Source of the DNA: Candidatus Marinacidobacterales bacterium
GTDB taxonomy: Bacteria > Acidobacteriota > Vicinamibacteria > Marinacidobacterales > SMYC01
Assembly (NCBI GenBank): GCA_965224085.1
Contig: CBDCYI010000005.1
Span: 1,856,001-1,920,000 of the forward strand
Direction: 5' to 3'
Length of the DNA: 64,000 nt
The notes under the pieces are model-generated. The model had not been told where the DNA came from. It made no database searches and saw nothing but the letters and a program-made list of their open reading frames with translations. Each line of letters opens with the position of its first letter. Positions within the stretch are counted from its first letter, which is position 1. The translations under genes were made by a program, and so were the position numbers. Below are positions 32,948 through 43,652 of the stretch, piece after piece.

Positions 32948-35290
32948 TCAGAAGCGAAACAGCTTCGTGAACTTGACCGCGAACGTCCTGTTCAACAGGA
33001 TGGGAAATCCATCCTCGTTGGTGAGCCGGCCGTCGCTATAAACCACGAAGAGGTCGCTCCCTGGTTCGTATTCCCACCGGAATCGCACGTTGGAGCTCAG
33101 CGTGTTGCTCGTGGAGTTCCACTGAAAAAGCCCTCCCACGAACATGCGGGGTGACATCGAGTATGTGATCCGGCTGCTCACGAGGCGGGCCGCGAAATCC
33201 CCTTCCTCGAGGCTCACCCAGTTGAGCGAGAGTCGCGGCTCGAGCGAGAACTTCGGTGTCACTTCGATGCGACCGTTGAACGCGAGCTCGTTGCGGCCGC
33301 CGCTGAAGAAGCTTCCCGTACGGTAGCTGACGAAGCCCGGCACCGGTCGCTGCGCTCCGAACCGGTACGCAACGTGGACGTCCTGGAAGTCGTAGCCGCC
33401 GATGGGCAGGATGATGCCGTCCGAGATCTCGAACTCCTCGGCCAGGAACTCGAACTGCGGGTTGTACTCGACGGTTAGCTCGTCGCCGGCCTCGAACTCC
33501 GCTTTGAATTGGGCCTGAGCACGACGTGTCTGAAGCTTTCCGGTGGGCTCGCCGGTGATGTAGTCGAAGGTTCCTTGGAATACGAACCTCCGGACGAGGT
33601 CGATCGAAGCGGGCCGTGGGCTGAACCGTGCCTCCACGAAACTGCGGGTAAACGCCTGCCGACTCGTGAACCCGAGTTCCGGCCGAAAAGCCTCGCCCAC
33701 TTTGAGGCGCTGGACCTGCAGGCCATAGCTATCTCCGTTGTAGTCGAATCGTCCGAGATAGCTGGTCTCGTCCCCAACGATCTGCGTACCGGTGGCGAGT
33801 GGTGTGTGGCTCAGCGCGTAGTAGGTGTTGATGGTCACGTTGGTACCGAAGAAGAAGTTGCCATCCAGGCCGAAGAGAGAGTTCGACGTTCCGGGCTCGG
33901 ACAGCGACGTCGTGCGGTGGGTCGCGATGACGCCGATATCGCTTCGGCGAAGGATGTCCCGCCGGAACCGCAGCACAGCGAAATTGGTGGGCTCCACGAA
34001 ACCCTCGACGCCTCGGGTCTGAATGTTCAGAGCGCCAACCCGGAACGGGCCGGCACGGCCGGTCACCCGCCCTCCCACCTGAATGGGGTCCACGCCGCTC
34101 GACGTGAGCCCGATGCGGCGGCTGAAGAACATGATCGGCGTCAAGTTCCCGATCGACCTACCCGGACGAAAGCCGAAGTCCGGTCGGCTCTGCACGCCAG
34201 CAAAGGAGAAGATACTCGCCCCTTCGAGAAAGAACTCTCGTTTCTCCGGGAAGAACAGGCTGAAACGGGTCAGGTTGACCTGCTGTTGATCCTCCTCGAC
34301 CTGCGCGAAGTCGGTGTTGTAGGTGAAGTCGGCAATGAGACCCCTGGTCAGCCCGTACTTGACATCGAATCCGGCGTCCGCGTTCCAGTCGTTCGACACG
34401 ACGGGCTCCGCGTCATTGTTGGTTACGGACGCCGTGATGCCGTAGGCCTTGAGCTCCAGATTCCGCGACGATGCTGGAGCCTCCAGCCCGACCAGCGTCG
34501 CGGATTCCGACATCCGGTAGACCCCCCTTGGGCCGTGCGACCGCGCAACGAGGGACAGGTACGAGTCCTCGTTCTTCCACTTGACCGCGCGGCGAATATT
34601 GATGCTCCAGACCTGATCCCTCCCAGCCTTGTACCGGAGAGACTTGAACGGAACGGCTATCTCCACAATCCAGCCCTGCTCGAACGTCGAAGCCTTCACG
34701 TCCCAGACCGTGTTCCAGTCCCGATTGATCGCCTGGCCCTCGTCACCGAACTGCTGGTCTCGGAGCGCCCCGAGCGGATTCGTCTGGAACATGAAGCCAT
34801 TCCGGCGGTCGTAGAACGTGTCGAACACCACCGTGACGCTCTCGTTCTGGTAGATGCCGAAATTGTCCCGCCGCATTTCGTTGACGACCATCCTCTCCGG
34901 GTGGCTGTCCCAGCAGCGCATGCCGACGTAGATGTTCCTGTCGTCGAAAAAAACCCAGGCCTCGGTTTTCTCCGTAGCGGGCTCGCCCTCGTCGGGCACC
35001 TGCTGGATGAAGTCGCTGACCGCAGTTACCCGGGTATAGATGGCGTCGTCCAGCTTGCCATCGAGGACGAAGGGCTCGCTGAGACGGTTCGCGCGAAGAG
35101 TCACTCGTCCCTGGTCGTCGCGAGCCACCACTTCGGGCGGCTCTGGCGCGGGTGGTCCGTGCAGGTCGACGTCTGCGGGAGTGTCTTCATCGTGCCCGTC
35201 ATCACGGTCGTCTGCCCTTGCCTGCGCGGCCAGCGTCAGTGCGAGCAGAACTGACGCCGCGACACACCAACCCACGGGTGCTACCGCCAT
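32948..35290 (-). CDS. DUF5916-type outer-membrane protein with CBM9-like N-domain
   Basis: LDGKLDD, FIQQVPDEGEPATEKTE, NTDFAQVEED, LFFPEKREFFLEG, FFSRRIG, terminal KFTKLFRF. Confidence 0.85.
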   Translation of the reverse strand: MAVAPVGWCVAASVLLALTLAAQARADDRDDGHDEDTPADVDLHGPPAPEPPEVVARDDQGRVTLRANRLSEPFVLDGKLDDAIYTRVTAVSDFIQQVPDEGEPATEKTEAWVFFDDRNIYVGMRCWDSHPERMVVNEMRRDNFGIYQNESVTVVFDTFYDRRNGFMFQTNPLGALRDQQFGDEGQAINRDWNTVWDVKASTFEQGWIVEIAVPFKSLRYKAGRDQVWSINIRRAVKWKNEDSYLSLVARSHGPRGVYRMSESATLVGLEAPASSRNLELKAYGITASVTNNDAEPVVSNDWNADAGFDVKYGLTRGLIADFTYNTDFAQVEEDQQQVNLTRFSLFFPEKREFFLEGASIFSFAGVQSRPDFGFRPGRSIGNLTPIMFFSRRIGLTSSGVDPIQVGGRVTGRAGPFRVGALNIQTRGVEGFVEPTNFAVLRFRRDILRRSDIGVIATHRTTSLSEPGTSNSLFGLDGNFFFGTNVTINTYYALSHTPLATGTQIVGDETSYLGRFDYNGDSYGLQVQRLKVGEAFRPELGFTSRQAFTRSFVEARFSPRPASIDLVRRFVFQGTFDYITGEPTGKLQTRRAQAQFKAEFEAGDELTVEYNPQFEFLAEEFEISDGIILPIGGYDFQDVHVAYRFGAQRPVPGFVSYRTGSFFSGGRNELAFNGRIEVTPKFSLEPRLSLNWVSLEEGDFAARLVSSRITYSMSPRMFVGGLFQWNSTSNTLSSNVRFRWEYEPGSDLFVVYSDGRLTNEDGFPILLNRTFAVKFTKLFRF

Positions 35291-35634
35291 TAAATGTTGG
35301 TGATTTGTACGCATCCCTTTGCAAAGAAGTCGCTTACGCTCAATTTAGCGCGCGGCGAAGGTCGTGAGCCCTATTTTGGCTGTAATTTAATGCACCGCAA
35401 AGTCTTAGCGTTATCTCACCAACACTTAACCCTAATCGCAAATAAACGTCACCGTGTCTGAGGTCTTTGGCCCCGTGAATAGCACCTTTTCCAGGTTCTG
35501 CATACACCGTGCAGAATCACCTATGTGGCGGCGAGCGGGTGCCCCAGCACGAGCTTCTCGCCTGCGCCCAGTGCGGCTGTTTCGCGTTTTCGTGCTTCGA
35601 AGATTTTGCGATTAGGGTTAATAGCAGAAGCACC
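35277..35634. mobile_element. IS1-derived MITE carrying TTAA MITE copy 2 (35430-35617)
   Basis: Outer IRs GGTGCT..TGTTGGTGA / CACCAACACTTAA..AAGCACC; inner CCCTAATCGC..GCGATTAGGG. Confidence 0.85.
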
Positions 35635-36293
35635 TCTTCGTTACGATCGAGGTCTGGTCTCGGCTCTGGCCATCGACGGTGACGGGAAGGCGAAGCTATC
35701 GGAACACTCACGCTCTGTTTCGCGACCTTTCGAAGCGGATGAATTTCGAGCGTCTTCCCTTGATCGTCACGGATGGATTCGAATTCTACCGGAAGGTCAT
35801 CCGTCGCTTCTTCGGGCCAGCGTGTCTCTACGGCCAGGTCCTCAAGACGCGCAGGAACGATCGTATCATCAAGGTCGAACGCAGAGCGCTGCACGGAGCC
35901 GCGTGGCGATTTGATGACGCGCTCAATAACTCCGAGGACTCCTCGACATTGAACACGTCGTTCATCGAGCGGTTGAATCTGACGATCCGGCAAAGCTCAG
36001 CATACCTTTCGAGACGAACACTTTCCCACGCTCGCTCGACGGAGAGGCTCGATGAGCACCTGGAGTTGCTCCGTTGCTATTACAATTTCGTCCGACCGCA
36101 CGGAGCTCTGAAGTTCGGACGTGAGATCCGAACTCCGGCCATGCAAGCCGGTCTGACCATTCGACGGCTCACCTTTCGAGACATCTTCTTGGCGACGACG
36201 ATTCCTTTGTGGTTGCAGATCGAGGTTTTCCTGCTCAGTTGGGCGCGCAACCCGGTCTCTTCCGAACCTGTACCACTGCCCGCAGCCGCGTAG
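35635..36293 (+). mobile_element. IS1-family transposase C-terminal part
   Basis: LIVTDGFEFY, NTSFIERLNLTIRQ, YYNFVRPH, RTPAMQAGL. A second piece lies at 20998-21135. Confidence 0.85.
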
Positions 36294-36594
36294 CAACATA
36301 TCTGGACTCCTCAATCAACACCTTTCTCAAAGAAGTCTTCCTCAGAGCTGCTCGTCCAAATCGGTGACGAGTGGGTCAGACTGCAAACATATCTACGGCC
36401 TCAGTGAGGAGCGTCTTGGGTGCTCCGGGCCATGACGGAAAATCCGCGCGCGAGGAGCCAATCACTTTGAGCGACCTCTGAGGGCCAGTGTTGCTATCGG
36501 CTTGACCCCGTCCTGTGCCAAAACTCGGCCCTTTTGAAATAGACCATAAATCAGCAGCTTAGTGTCTATGGTGCGCTCCCGTGAACGGCTTGGC

Positions 36595-36692
36595 GGTAGT
36601 AGACCCGCCGTCCCTTCTGTGCCGCGGCGATCGCGAGGCTGATCGCGAGATGGGTCTTACCGACGCCGGGCGGTCCCAACAAAACGACGTCA
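36595..36692 (-). mobile_element. IS21 IstB ATPase fragment
   Basis: Manual translation VVLLGPPGVGKTHLAISLAIAAAQKGRRVYY. Confidence 0.8.
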
Positions 36693-36890
36693 GCATCTTG
36701 GTTGTAAGCAGTTCGCCAATCTCATACAGCTCGAGTTTATGGAAGGGACAGGTAGCTCGCCAACATCGTGGTTCCACCATCCGCATCGTTGACGGCGGAC
36801 GCCGGTGTCAAACCGTAGACTTTGCAACGAGTTATCCATCTGTAGCTCTTTTTTGCGATGGTGGCCGGAAAACGTTTCTATAATGGCGGT

Positions 36891-37367
36891 ATGGGAAAGC
36901 TTCTTTTGCTGTTCATCATCGTCCCCGCCGTGGAGCTCGGTCTTCTCATCCAAGCGGGAATCTATCTCGGTACGTGGCCGACGCTCGCGTTGATCGTCCT
37001 CACCGGCATCGTGGGCGCGTATCTGGCACGGCGGCAAGGTTTCTCGGTTTTGACCCGCGCTGAGGAGCGGATGGACCGTGGCGAGTTCCCCGCGGGCTCG
37101 CTCGCGGACGGCGTCATGATCCTCGTCGCGGGCGCACTGCTGATGACACCGGGGATCCTCACCGACGCATTCGGCTTCTCACTGCTCGTGCCCGGCTTCC
37201 GCAACCTCATCAAGCACACCTTGCTGGCGCGCTTCCGTAAAGCGGTTGAAGAAAATCGAGTGCATGTGCACGTCTCCGGGATGGGATTCGACACCGACTC
37301 GGACCCGATGGTGGACATCCGCCTCGAGAGCTTCGGGCCCGGTCCGCCGAAATACAAAGTGCATTGA
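36891..37367 (+). CDS. fxsA: FxsA-family membrane protein
   Basis: LLLLFIIVPAVEL, TGIVGAYLARRQG, GALLMTPGILTD. TATAAT lies 6 nt before the ATG (possibly leaderless). Confidence 0.9.
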   Translation: MGKLLLLFIIVPAVELGLLIQAGIYLGTWPTLALIVLTGIVGAYLARRQGFSVLTRAEERMDRGEFPAGSLADGVMILVAGALLMTPGILTDAFGFSLLVPGFRNLIKHTLLARFRKAVEENRVHVHVSGMGFDTDSDPMVDIRLESFGPGPPKYKVH

Positions 37368-37715
37368 CCGTCTTCTGGCGCTACTGGCTCCTCCAAATTC
37401 CCGGATGGGTCGTCTTGGCCTGTCTTCTCACGGCAGCGCATTATTAGCTCAGGCTGTCGCCGCTCGCTGCCGTCGTCGTCCTCGGCTTGTGGCTCGTCAA
37501 GGACGCGCTCCTCGATCCGATCCTCAAACCGCGCACTACATGTTTCGTGAGCGCGATGTGCATCAACGTTTGCTTGGCGAGCGCGCGGTAGCGTAGGAGG
37601 TCCTGACCCCTCGAGGCTACGTCAAGCTCCGCGGTGAGCTTTTGGTCGCCGAGCTGACCATGAAAGACACGTCGGTGCCCGCGGGCGAGCAAGTCGTCGT
37701 CGAGTCGCCAGCGAT
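37364..37715 (+). pseudogene. Degenerate NfeD-like (OB-fold) membrane protein
   Basis: MTVFWRYWLLQIPGW...LTPRGYVKLRGEL...VPAGEQVVVES with in-frame stops and frameshifts; coupled to the fxsA stop. Confidence 0.65.
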
Positions 37716-38083
37716 CACGGTGTGGCCGGCCTCGAGTTTCCCGGGCGCTACCTTTCGGAGGCCGACGGTGCCGCGGTGCGGACGGAGAAGTGGCTGCTCG
37801 GCCGCTTCCGCATGTCGCCATGTATCCCGGACCCGGATTTCGACGGAGCGGACGTCGTGCCAAAGTGTGTGAGTTCCGCAACGCTCTTCACCGTCGGGTG
37901 CCGGTACGCTAGCGCGTTTAACGGGCGTGCGTGACTACTATAATCGCACGAGGCCGCATTCGTCTCTCGGATCAAATGTTCCCGAGCCAGCGAGCGCTCT
38001 TCATGTCGATCCTGCTCTCCATCGTCACCAGATTCCGAGCGGAAAGCCGTACTATTTACACCATACGGGCGTCTAGGTCGTTG

Positions 38084-38395
38084 CTACCCCTGCAGCATTG
38101 TCCCAACGTAACTGTCCTTGTCTTCTTCCTGAAAAAGGACGTGCCGCTTCTGCATCTCGCTCTTCTCCATGTGCCACAGCATGCGCATCGTTGTGGACGG
38201 AGTGTTTGAAACGATGAAGGAGTGCAAGCGCACGAGCGGATCGCCGAGGCGTTGTTCGATTTCCTTGATGGTCTTGTAAAACTGGATCTTTGGATCGTGT
38301 GGCCCGAGGTTCCGGATTCCCTTGGGATCCACAAAGATGACCCGCTGCTGACCGTCCGCGAGCAACCACAAGATGAAGTCGGGGTGGAAGTTATC
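38084..38395 (-). pseudogene. C-terminal nuclease fragment of a type III restriction (Res)-like protein
   Basis: [10 protein letters not shown]...IFVDPKG PD-(D/E)XK motif; cut by the IS1-derived MITE. Confidence 0.7.
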
Positions 38396-38396
38396 G

Positions 38397-38755
38397 GGTG
38401 CTTGCGCTGTTTGCTGTTGGTGATGTGTACGTATCTCTTTGCAAAAAAAGCGCTTACGCTCCATTTAGATCCAGGCGAAGGTCGCGAGCGCTATTTTGGC
38501 TGTAATTTAATGCAGCGTAAAGTCTTAGCGTCATCTCACCAACACTTAACCCTAATCGCAAAATCTTCGAAGCACGAAAACGCGAAACAGCCGCACTGGG
38601 CGCAGGCGAGAAGCTCGTGCTGGGGCACCCGCTCGCCGCCACTATAGGTGATTCTGCACGGTGTATGCAGAACCTGGAAAAGGTGCTATTCACGGGGCCA
38701 AAGACCTCAGACACGGTGACGTTTATTTGCGATTAGGGTTAATAGCGGAAGCACC
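38397..38755. mobile_element. IS1-derived MITE carrying TTAA MITE copy 3 (38550-38738, inverted)
   Basis: Same outer and inner IRs as 35277-35634. Confidence 0.85.
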
Positions 38756-39066
38756 GGCACAGGACGGGGTCACCGAGACAAAACCGGTGCCGGCCGCGTC
38801 GAGCCGTTCGACGAGCTTTGCAAAGTCGGAGAGGGAACGGGTCAGCCGGTCGACCGCAGGACGTCTCTCTTCATGGCTGTCTGCCCGTCAATACGCGATC
38901 TTCTTTTTTGCGGATCACAGCTCGGCCAACCGAACCGTTGTGGTCCATACAGACCGAAAGATCAGATGCAAAATGTACCGATACTGGGACTTTACTGACG
39001 GACAATCACTTCATCCAGGGAGCGGATTTGGTCAAGCAGGTCAATAGTGAGAACATTGGATCGAGC

Positions 39067-39714
39067 ATGAAGAAACGTTCCCTCCGATACGCTGGCGACA
39101 AGGCCGTTCGCGCTCTATTGGAGCGTTATGCGTGTCCGACTTTATTCCATGTCGTCCGCACACGATTCCTCGGCAACATCGCGACGCCCAAGCTCGACGC
39201 ATCGCCCCTCCGGACCATAGAGAGCTGTTGGGAAGGTGAGCTGCCGGAGTTGGACAATGTCGGCGCAGCCAATGAGCTATTCGAGTCCCTGATGGGGCTT
39301 TGGAACGAACTGGCAAGGCATCAATCGGCAACCAAGCCGTTCCGTTTGACGCGGATGGAGGCCAAGCCGGATGCGGACGACATTCGCCGTCTGTGCCGGA
39401 CCCGCACCGAGGAGCTTGAAGGCTTCATCGACGGACTGTTTGGTGACGCGGAGATCATGGATCTGCCCGAATGGGCCAACGAGGCCCTGGATAACCTCGG
39501 CCAGACTTATGCCATGATCCGCGGTATCATCGATCTCCTGGAGAGAGAGTCGGCGGCACCGGCGTCAGAGGGGGACCTGAGGGGAATTCTCAAGAACGTT
39601 GGGGAACTCTCACACATCGCGGAGAAGGAACTGCACACGGTAGTGCTTGCCTGCAAGCGCGCCCGCCAACAGACCCTTTCCACTATCGCCGTGGGCAAGC
39701 CCACCGTTCATTGA
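39067..39714 (+). CDS. Hypothetical helical protein
   Basis: Protein-like ORF ending KPTVH; start uncertain (open from 38818). Confidence 0.7.
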   Translation: MKKRSLRYAGDKAVRALLERYACPTLFHVVRTRFLGNIATPKLDASPLRTIESCWEGELPELDNVGAANELFESLMGLWNELARHQSATKPFRLTRMEAKPDADDIRRLCRTRTEELEGFIDGLFGDAEIMDLPEWANEALDNLGQTYAMIRGIIDLLERESAAPASEGDLRGILKNVGELSHIAEKELHTVVLACKRARQQTLSTIAVGKPTVH

Positions 39715-39799
39715 AGGGAAGTACCACGAGCAGCCGGAAGTAGTTCTCGGTCAAGTCTTAATTTTCCTGTCAAATCTCCGCATGGTTCCCCGAGCTCGG

Positions 39800-40510
39800 T
39801 TAAGCAGCTGATTCCTCCGACGTGAGTTGCGGAAGGAGTTCATTGCGAAGCTCCTCGACTTGCCTGGTCGTGAAGACATCCATCCTCACACCGCGCCATT
39901 TCCCGGCGACGGCCAACAGGACAGCAAAAGAAAGTTTCATCGCGGCCTCCTCGGTGAAGAAGTGAGGGATCACCTTCGTCCGACGTTTGTGCTCTCCGAA
40001 GGTGCGCTCAAGCAGGTTCGCTGTTCGAAGCCTCTTGTGATGCGCCGGAGGAAGTCGAAGGGCCTGAAGACACGCTTCGAGGGTCTCCTCCATGCACTTC
40101 ATCGCGCTCGGGAATCGTTGACGGTACCGAGCGAGCACTTCCCGGCCCGTCTTCAGCTGTGCCTTCCATTTATTCATCCGCGCGCCCCGAACTTGATTAG
40201 TCTCCGGTCGGTGCGTGCGCGGATGCGTCCCCTGAAGTCGTGGAAAAAGAACGTCGCTCCTCCACTTCGTAGAAAGGGTATCAGATCATGCCGCGACGTC
40301 GCCTCGTGCGAGAGACGTCGGCCAAGTGGTGGTAGCCGTCGATACAACGTAGCTTGATCTGACCGGAAGCTACGAGTCCGAAAAGCAAAGCGATGGCGGA
40401 TTCTTCGGTGGTGAACGACGCCTGGGTCTTGGTCCGGCGGCGAAACTCGCGGTTCAAGTTTTCCAAGGCGTTGGTTGTGCGGATCGACTTCCACCTCGCA
40501 CGCGGGAACT
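39800..40510 (-). mobile_element. Two IS256-family transposase C-terminal fragments
   Basis: RLRTANLLERTFGEHKRRTKV and SIRTTNALENLNREFRRRTK. Confidence 0.85.
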
Positions 40511-40672
40511 CGTGGTCGCTCGCGTTAACTCGGCTGGTCGCCGAGAAGTTCGTCCTCAGCACCTTCCCTCGCGCGCTGACCACGCTCTCCAGCATGTGCT
40601 CAAGGGCGGTCCGGGCCCTAGAGTCCAGTCCCGGACTAGTAATGATGATGGACAACCCACCCTGGCCTCGAA

Positions 40673-41116
40673 TCAGGCCGCCGTCTCGGGGTCGGGCGCG
40701 CTCGCATCGACGAGCGCCCAGCTAATGCAACGTTCCGCGTCATCAAGACAACTAGCCGCGCCGGAATCCTTAAGGAATGCTACTCCAGGCTTGACCAGAC
40801 AGCAGGGAAACTCTAGAGCCAGATCCGCCGGTAGTGTCGCCGCCAACCAGGCCAAGCCCTTCGTCACGCCCCCGCCCGTCCAGGCGGTCACGCAACGAAC
40901 CAGGACGCGCCGCTCGGCTCCCTCGAGAAGCCAGCCCACCGCGCCGGTCCAGGTGTTCCTGATGCTGAGCGCGTAATAGGGGAATCCTGGCAATGGCACC
41001 GCCTTGCCACCGATGGCTACCTCGGCGGTAGAACGCAATGCGGCCAGCATCTCGAGTCGTACATCCGAGCGTGGCGTCTTCTCTGTGTGGCAGGTTGATA
41101 GGGTGTAGTGGAACAT
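40673..41116 (-). CDS. Uncharacterised protein, paralogue of 19542-19985
   Basis: GAGGTG RBS; shared motifs VPLPGFP, SIRNTW, PCCLVK, LDDAERCISWA. Confidence 0.75.
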   Translation of the reverse strand: MFHYTLSTCHTEKTPRSDVRLEMLAALRSTAEVAIGGKAVPLPGFPYYALSIRNTWTGAVGWLLEGAERRVLVRCVTAWTGGGVTKGLAWLAATLPADLALEFPCCLVKPGVAFLKDSGAASCLDDAERCISWALVDASAPDPETAA

Positions 41117-41162
41117 CACCTCACCGCCGCTCATTCTGGGCCATCCTGGCCGGAGATCTGCT

Positions 41163-41428
41163 GCCTTGGTGCACAACTCCGATAGAGGCCGAGAACTCGC
41201 TTGGCCCCGACTCCCATCATCCGATCATCTCGCTATCAGGCATCCCGAGCGCCGTCATCGTGTTGAGAATCTTGCACCCGATCCTTGCCTCGACTCTCTG
41301 TGCCGCCAACCCTCTCGCTCGCATTGCTGAGCCCACGATAGCCTTGTAGCGATGGAACGTTGTCTCGACTTTGCTCCGTTTGCTGTAGCCCGATTCTGTG
41401 TGCCACTTTCGTTTGCCGAGCCGAGCTT
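41163..41428 (-). mobile_element. IS5 (IS903 group) 3' end fragment
   Basis: Near-identical to 25457-25720. Confidence 0.85.
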
Positions 41429-41536
41429 CCCCGCTCTGGCCGAGGGTTTCGACTTAATCATCGGTAGAAGAAGGGTTCTATCCCCGCAGCGTTCGGGGGA
41501 AGAATCATATCCCCTGCCTCAGTTCTATGCCCTCCA

Positions 41537-42226
41537 TTACTTTGCGCGGTCTTCCGGGGATTGCGAATCGCCATCGTCGACCTCTGGCTCAGCAACCTCT
41601 GGCTCGGCAGCCTCTGGCTCGGCAGCCTCTGGCTCGGCAGCCTCTGGCTCGGCAGCGTCCGGCTCGGCAGCGTCCGGCTCAGCAGCGTCCGGCTCAGCAG
41701 CGTCCGGCTCGGCAGCGTCCGGCTCAGCAGCGTCCGGCTCAGCAGCGTCCGGCTCAGCAGCGTCCGGCTCAGCAGCGTCCGGCTCAGCAGCGTCCGGCTC
41801 AGCAGCGTCCGGCTCAGCAGCGTCCGGCTCGGCAGCCTCTGGCTCGGCAGCCTCTCCGGGCTCGGCAGCAGCGTCCGGCTCGGCGTCCGGCTCAGCAGCG
41901 TCCGGCTCGGCAGCGTCCGGCTCAGGCTCCGGCTCAGCAGCAGCCTCTGGCTCCGGCTCGGCAGCGTCCGGCTCAGCAGCGTCCGGCTCAGCAGCGTCCG
42001 GCTCGGCAACCTCTGGCTCGGCAGCCTCTGGCTCGGCAGCGTCCGGCTCAGCAGCGTCCGGCTCAGCAGCGTCCGGCTCAGCAGCGTCCGGCTCAGCAGC
42101 GTCCGGCTCAGCAGCCTCCGGCTCAGCAAGAACAGCGGTGATTCGTGGAACTAGCTTATGCAGCAGCTTCTCCACCCGTGCTACCAACTCCGATGTCAGC
42201 TCGGCAATCGTTTTATTGTCTTTCAT
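41537..42226 (-). CDS. Acidic pentapeptide-repeat protein (mostly EPDAA), paralogue of 20165-20905
   Basis: MKDNKTIAEL...TAVLA-(EPDAA)[18 protein letters not shown]; 15-bp tandem repeat at 41580-42128. Confidence 0.7.
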   Translation of the reverse strand: MKDNKTIAELTSELVARVEKLLHKLVPRITAVLAEPEAAEPDAAEPDAAEPDAAEPDAAEPDAAEPEAAEPEVAEPDAAEPDAAEPDAAEPEPEAAAEPEPEPDAAEPDAAEPDAEPDAAAEPGEAAEPEAAEPDAAEPDAAEPDAAEPDAAEPDAAEPDAAEPDAAEPDAAEPDAAEPDAAEPDAAEPDAAEPEAAEPEAAEPEAAEPEVAEPEVDDGDSQSPEDRAK

Positions 42227-42322
42227 TGAAACCTCTCAAATTCCTGGCATTTCTCAAGCCCGTGGACACGTTGCATCGGTTTCCGGACCCAAGAATCTAT
42301 CACACGACAGCTTGATTTCGGT

Positions 42323-43009
42323 TGTGCCTTCTATTTATTCATCCGCGCGCCCCGAACTTGATTAATCTCCGGTCTGCCGGCACCATGCCGGCATGATTTC
42401 GTCGTTGGTTCGCGCGCTCATCTCTAGCCGTCCCATACTTGGCGGAGCTTTCTCGATAATCATGTAAAGGACTTGGTGTCGCTCGACTTTTTCACTTTGC
42501 CGACCGCAACCTTCAGAGTTCTGTTCGTCTTCATCGTCCTTCGCCACGAGCGTCGCCGTATCGTTCATTTCAATGTCACCGAGCATCCTTCCGCCGAGTG
42601 GACGGCGCAGCAAATGGTCGATGCTTTTCCATGGGACACGGCGCCTCGGTACCTGGTACGGGACCGAGACCAGACCTACGGAGCGTACTTCGATAGTCGC
42701 GTCGACGGTCTCGGGATAGAGCAGGTCCTTACCGCACCGCGCTCCCCGTGGCAGAATCCATTTGTCGAAAGGATGATCGGCTCCATTCGACGTGAGTGTC
42801 TCGACCACGTGATCGTCCTTGATGAGCGGCACCTGAAGCGAATCCTACGCAAATACGTCGACTACTATCATTCGTGCCGGACTCATTTGTCGCTTGAGAA
42901 GGACGCGCCTGAGCCTCGCCGGGTAGAGTCACCGGCGATGGGCAAAGTGAGAGCCATTCCAAAGGTCGGTGGTCTCCATCATTATTACACTCGACACGCC
43001 GCTGCTTGA
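42323..43009 (+). mobile_element. TGT-ended element end plus rve integrase core fragment
   Basis: TGTGCCTTCTATTTATTCATCCGCGCG; [33 protein letters not shown]. Confidence 0.85.
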
Positions 43010-43100
43010 GCCGATCCGATCCGCTCGGGACGGCTACGGGACTTCGCGCCAGCTTACACCTATACCCCTGAGTAGAGCCGACGCCGATCCTCGAAACGTC

Positions 43101-43652
43101 CTACATGAAGACGACCCAAGCATCCTGGTTGCAGGCAAAGGCGTCTACTTCTTTGCCTTTGCAGAACGTCGTTGCCGGAAGATTCGGGCGTTCCCGTGTG
43201 GTGAGCGGTTTGATAATCCGTCGCACCGGGCAACTCCGGAGGTCGAAGCGGAGCCGCAGATTCTCCGGCCACCTGGCGGGCATTGGCTTAGACCGTGCCC
43301 CGTCCCAGTCGATCGTGACATGAAGCTCTTCTTTGGCGAGTTGAGCCGCCGTCCGAAGGGTCTCCGCAGGTGCCCGTGCATAACCGAACACATTGATGAA
43401 ACCGACGCGGCGTTCCGGCGTCGCCGCCACGCGCCGCCCCTCGCACTGACCTCCGGGTGAAATGGCGAACGGACGAGGTGCCTGTGCGCCGAATAGGCCG
43501 GTAAGGGCTGCATGCATAGCATAGCCGATCTCAGCGTCCCGCGGCCGACCGCGGCTATCGCCGGCCGGCGTGTCCAGGTAGCCTCGGTCAAGCGCCCAGG
43601 CGGTAAACGCGCGGAGATCAAATGGCAGGCGAACAAGGTGCAAGTCGGTCAT
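43101..43652 (-). pseudogene. cas6e: Type I-E Cas6e (Cse3), 3'-truncated
   Basis: Follows cas5e with ATGA overlap; GYAMHAAL, LRFDLRSCPVRR, KEVDAF. Lacks the G-rich C-terminal loop. Confidence 0.8.

Noticed and set aside
33509-35254. Long antisense ORFs (also 56557-58101, 16656-17708, 44467-45399)
   Set aside because: Shadow ORFs of real genes, expected in high-GC DNA.
37364-37715. In-frame TAG codons in the nfeD-like gene as stop-codon recoding
   Set aside because: The gene also has frameshifts, and TAG ends many normal genes in this window.
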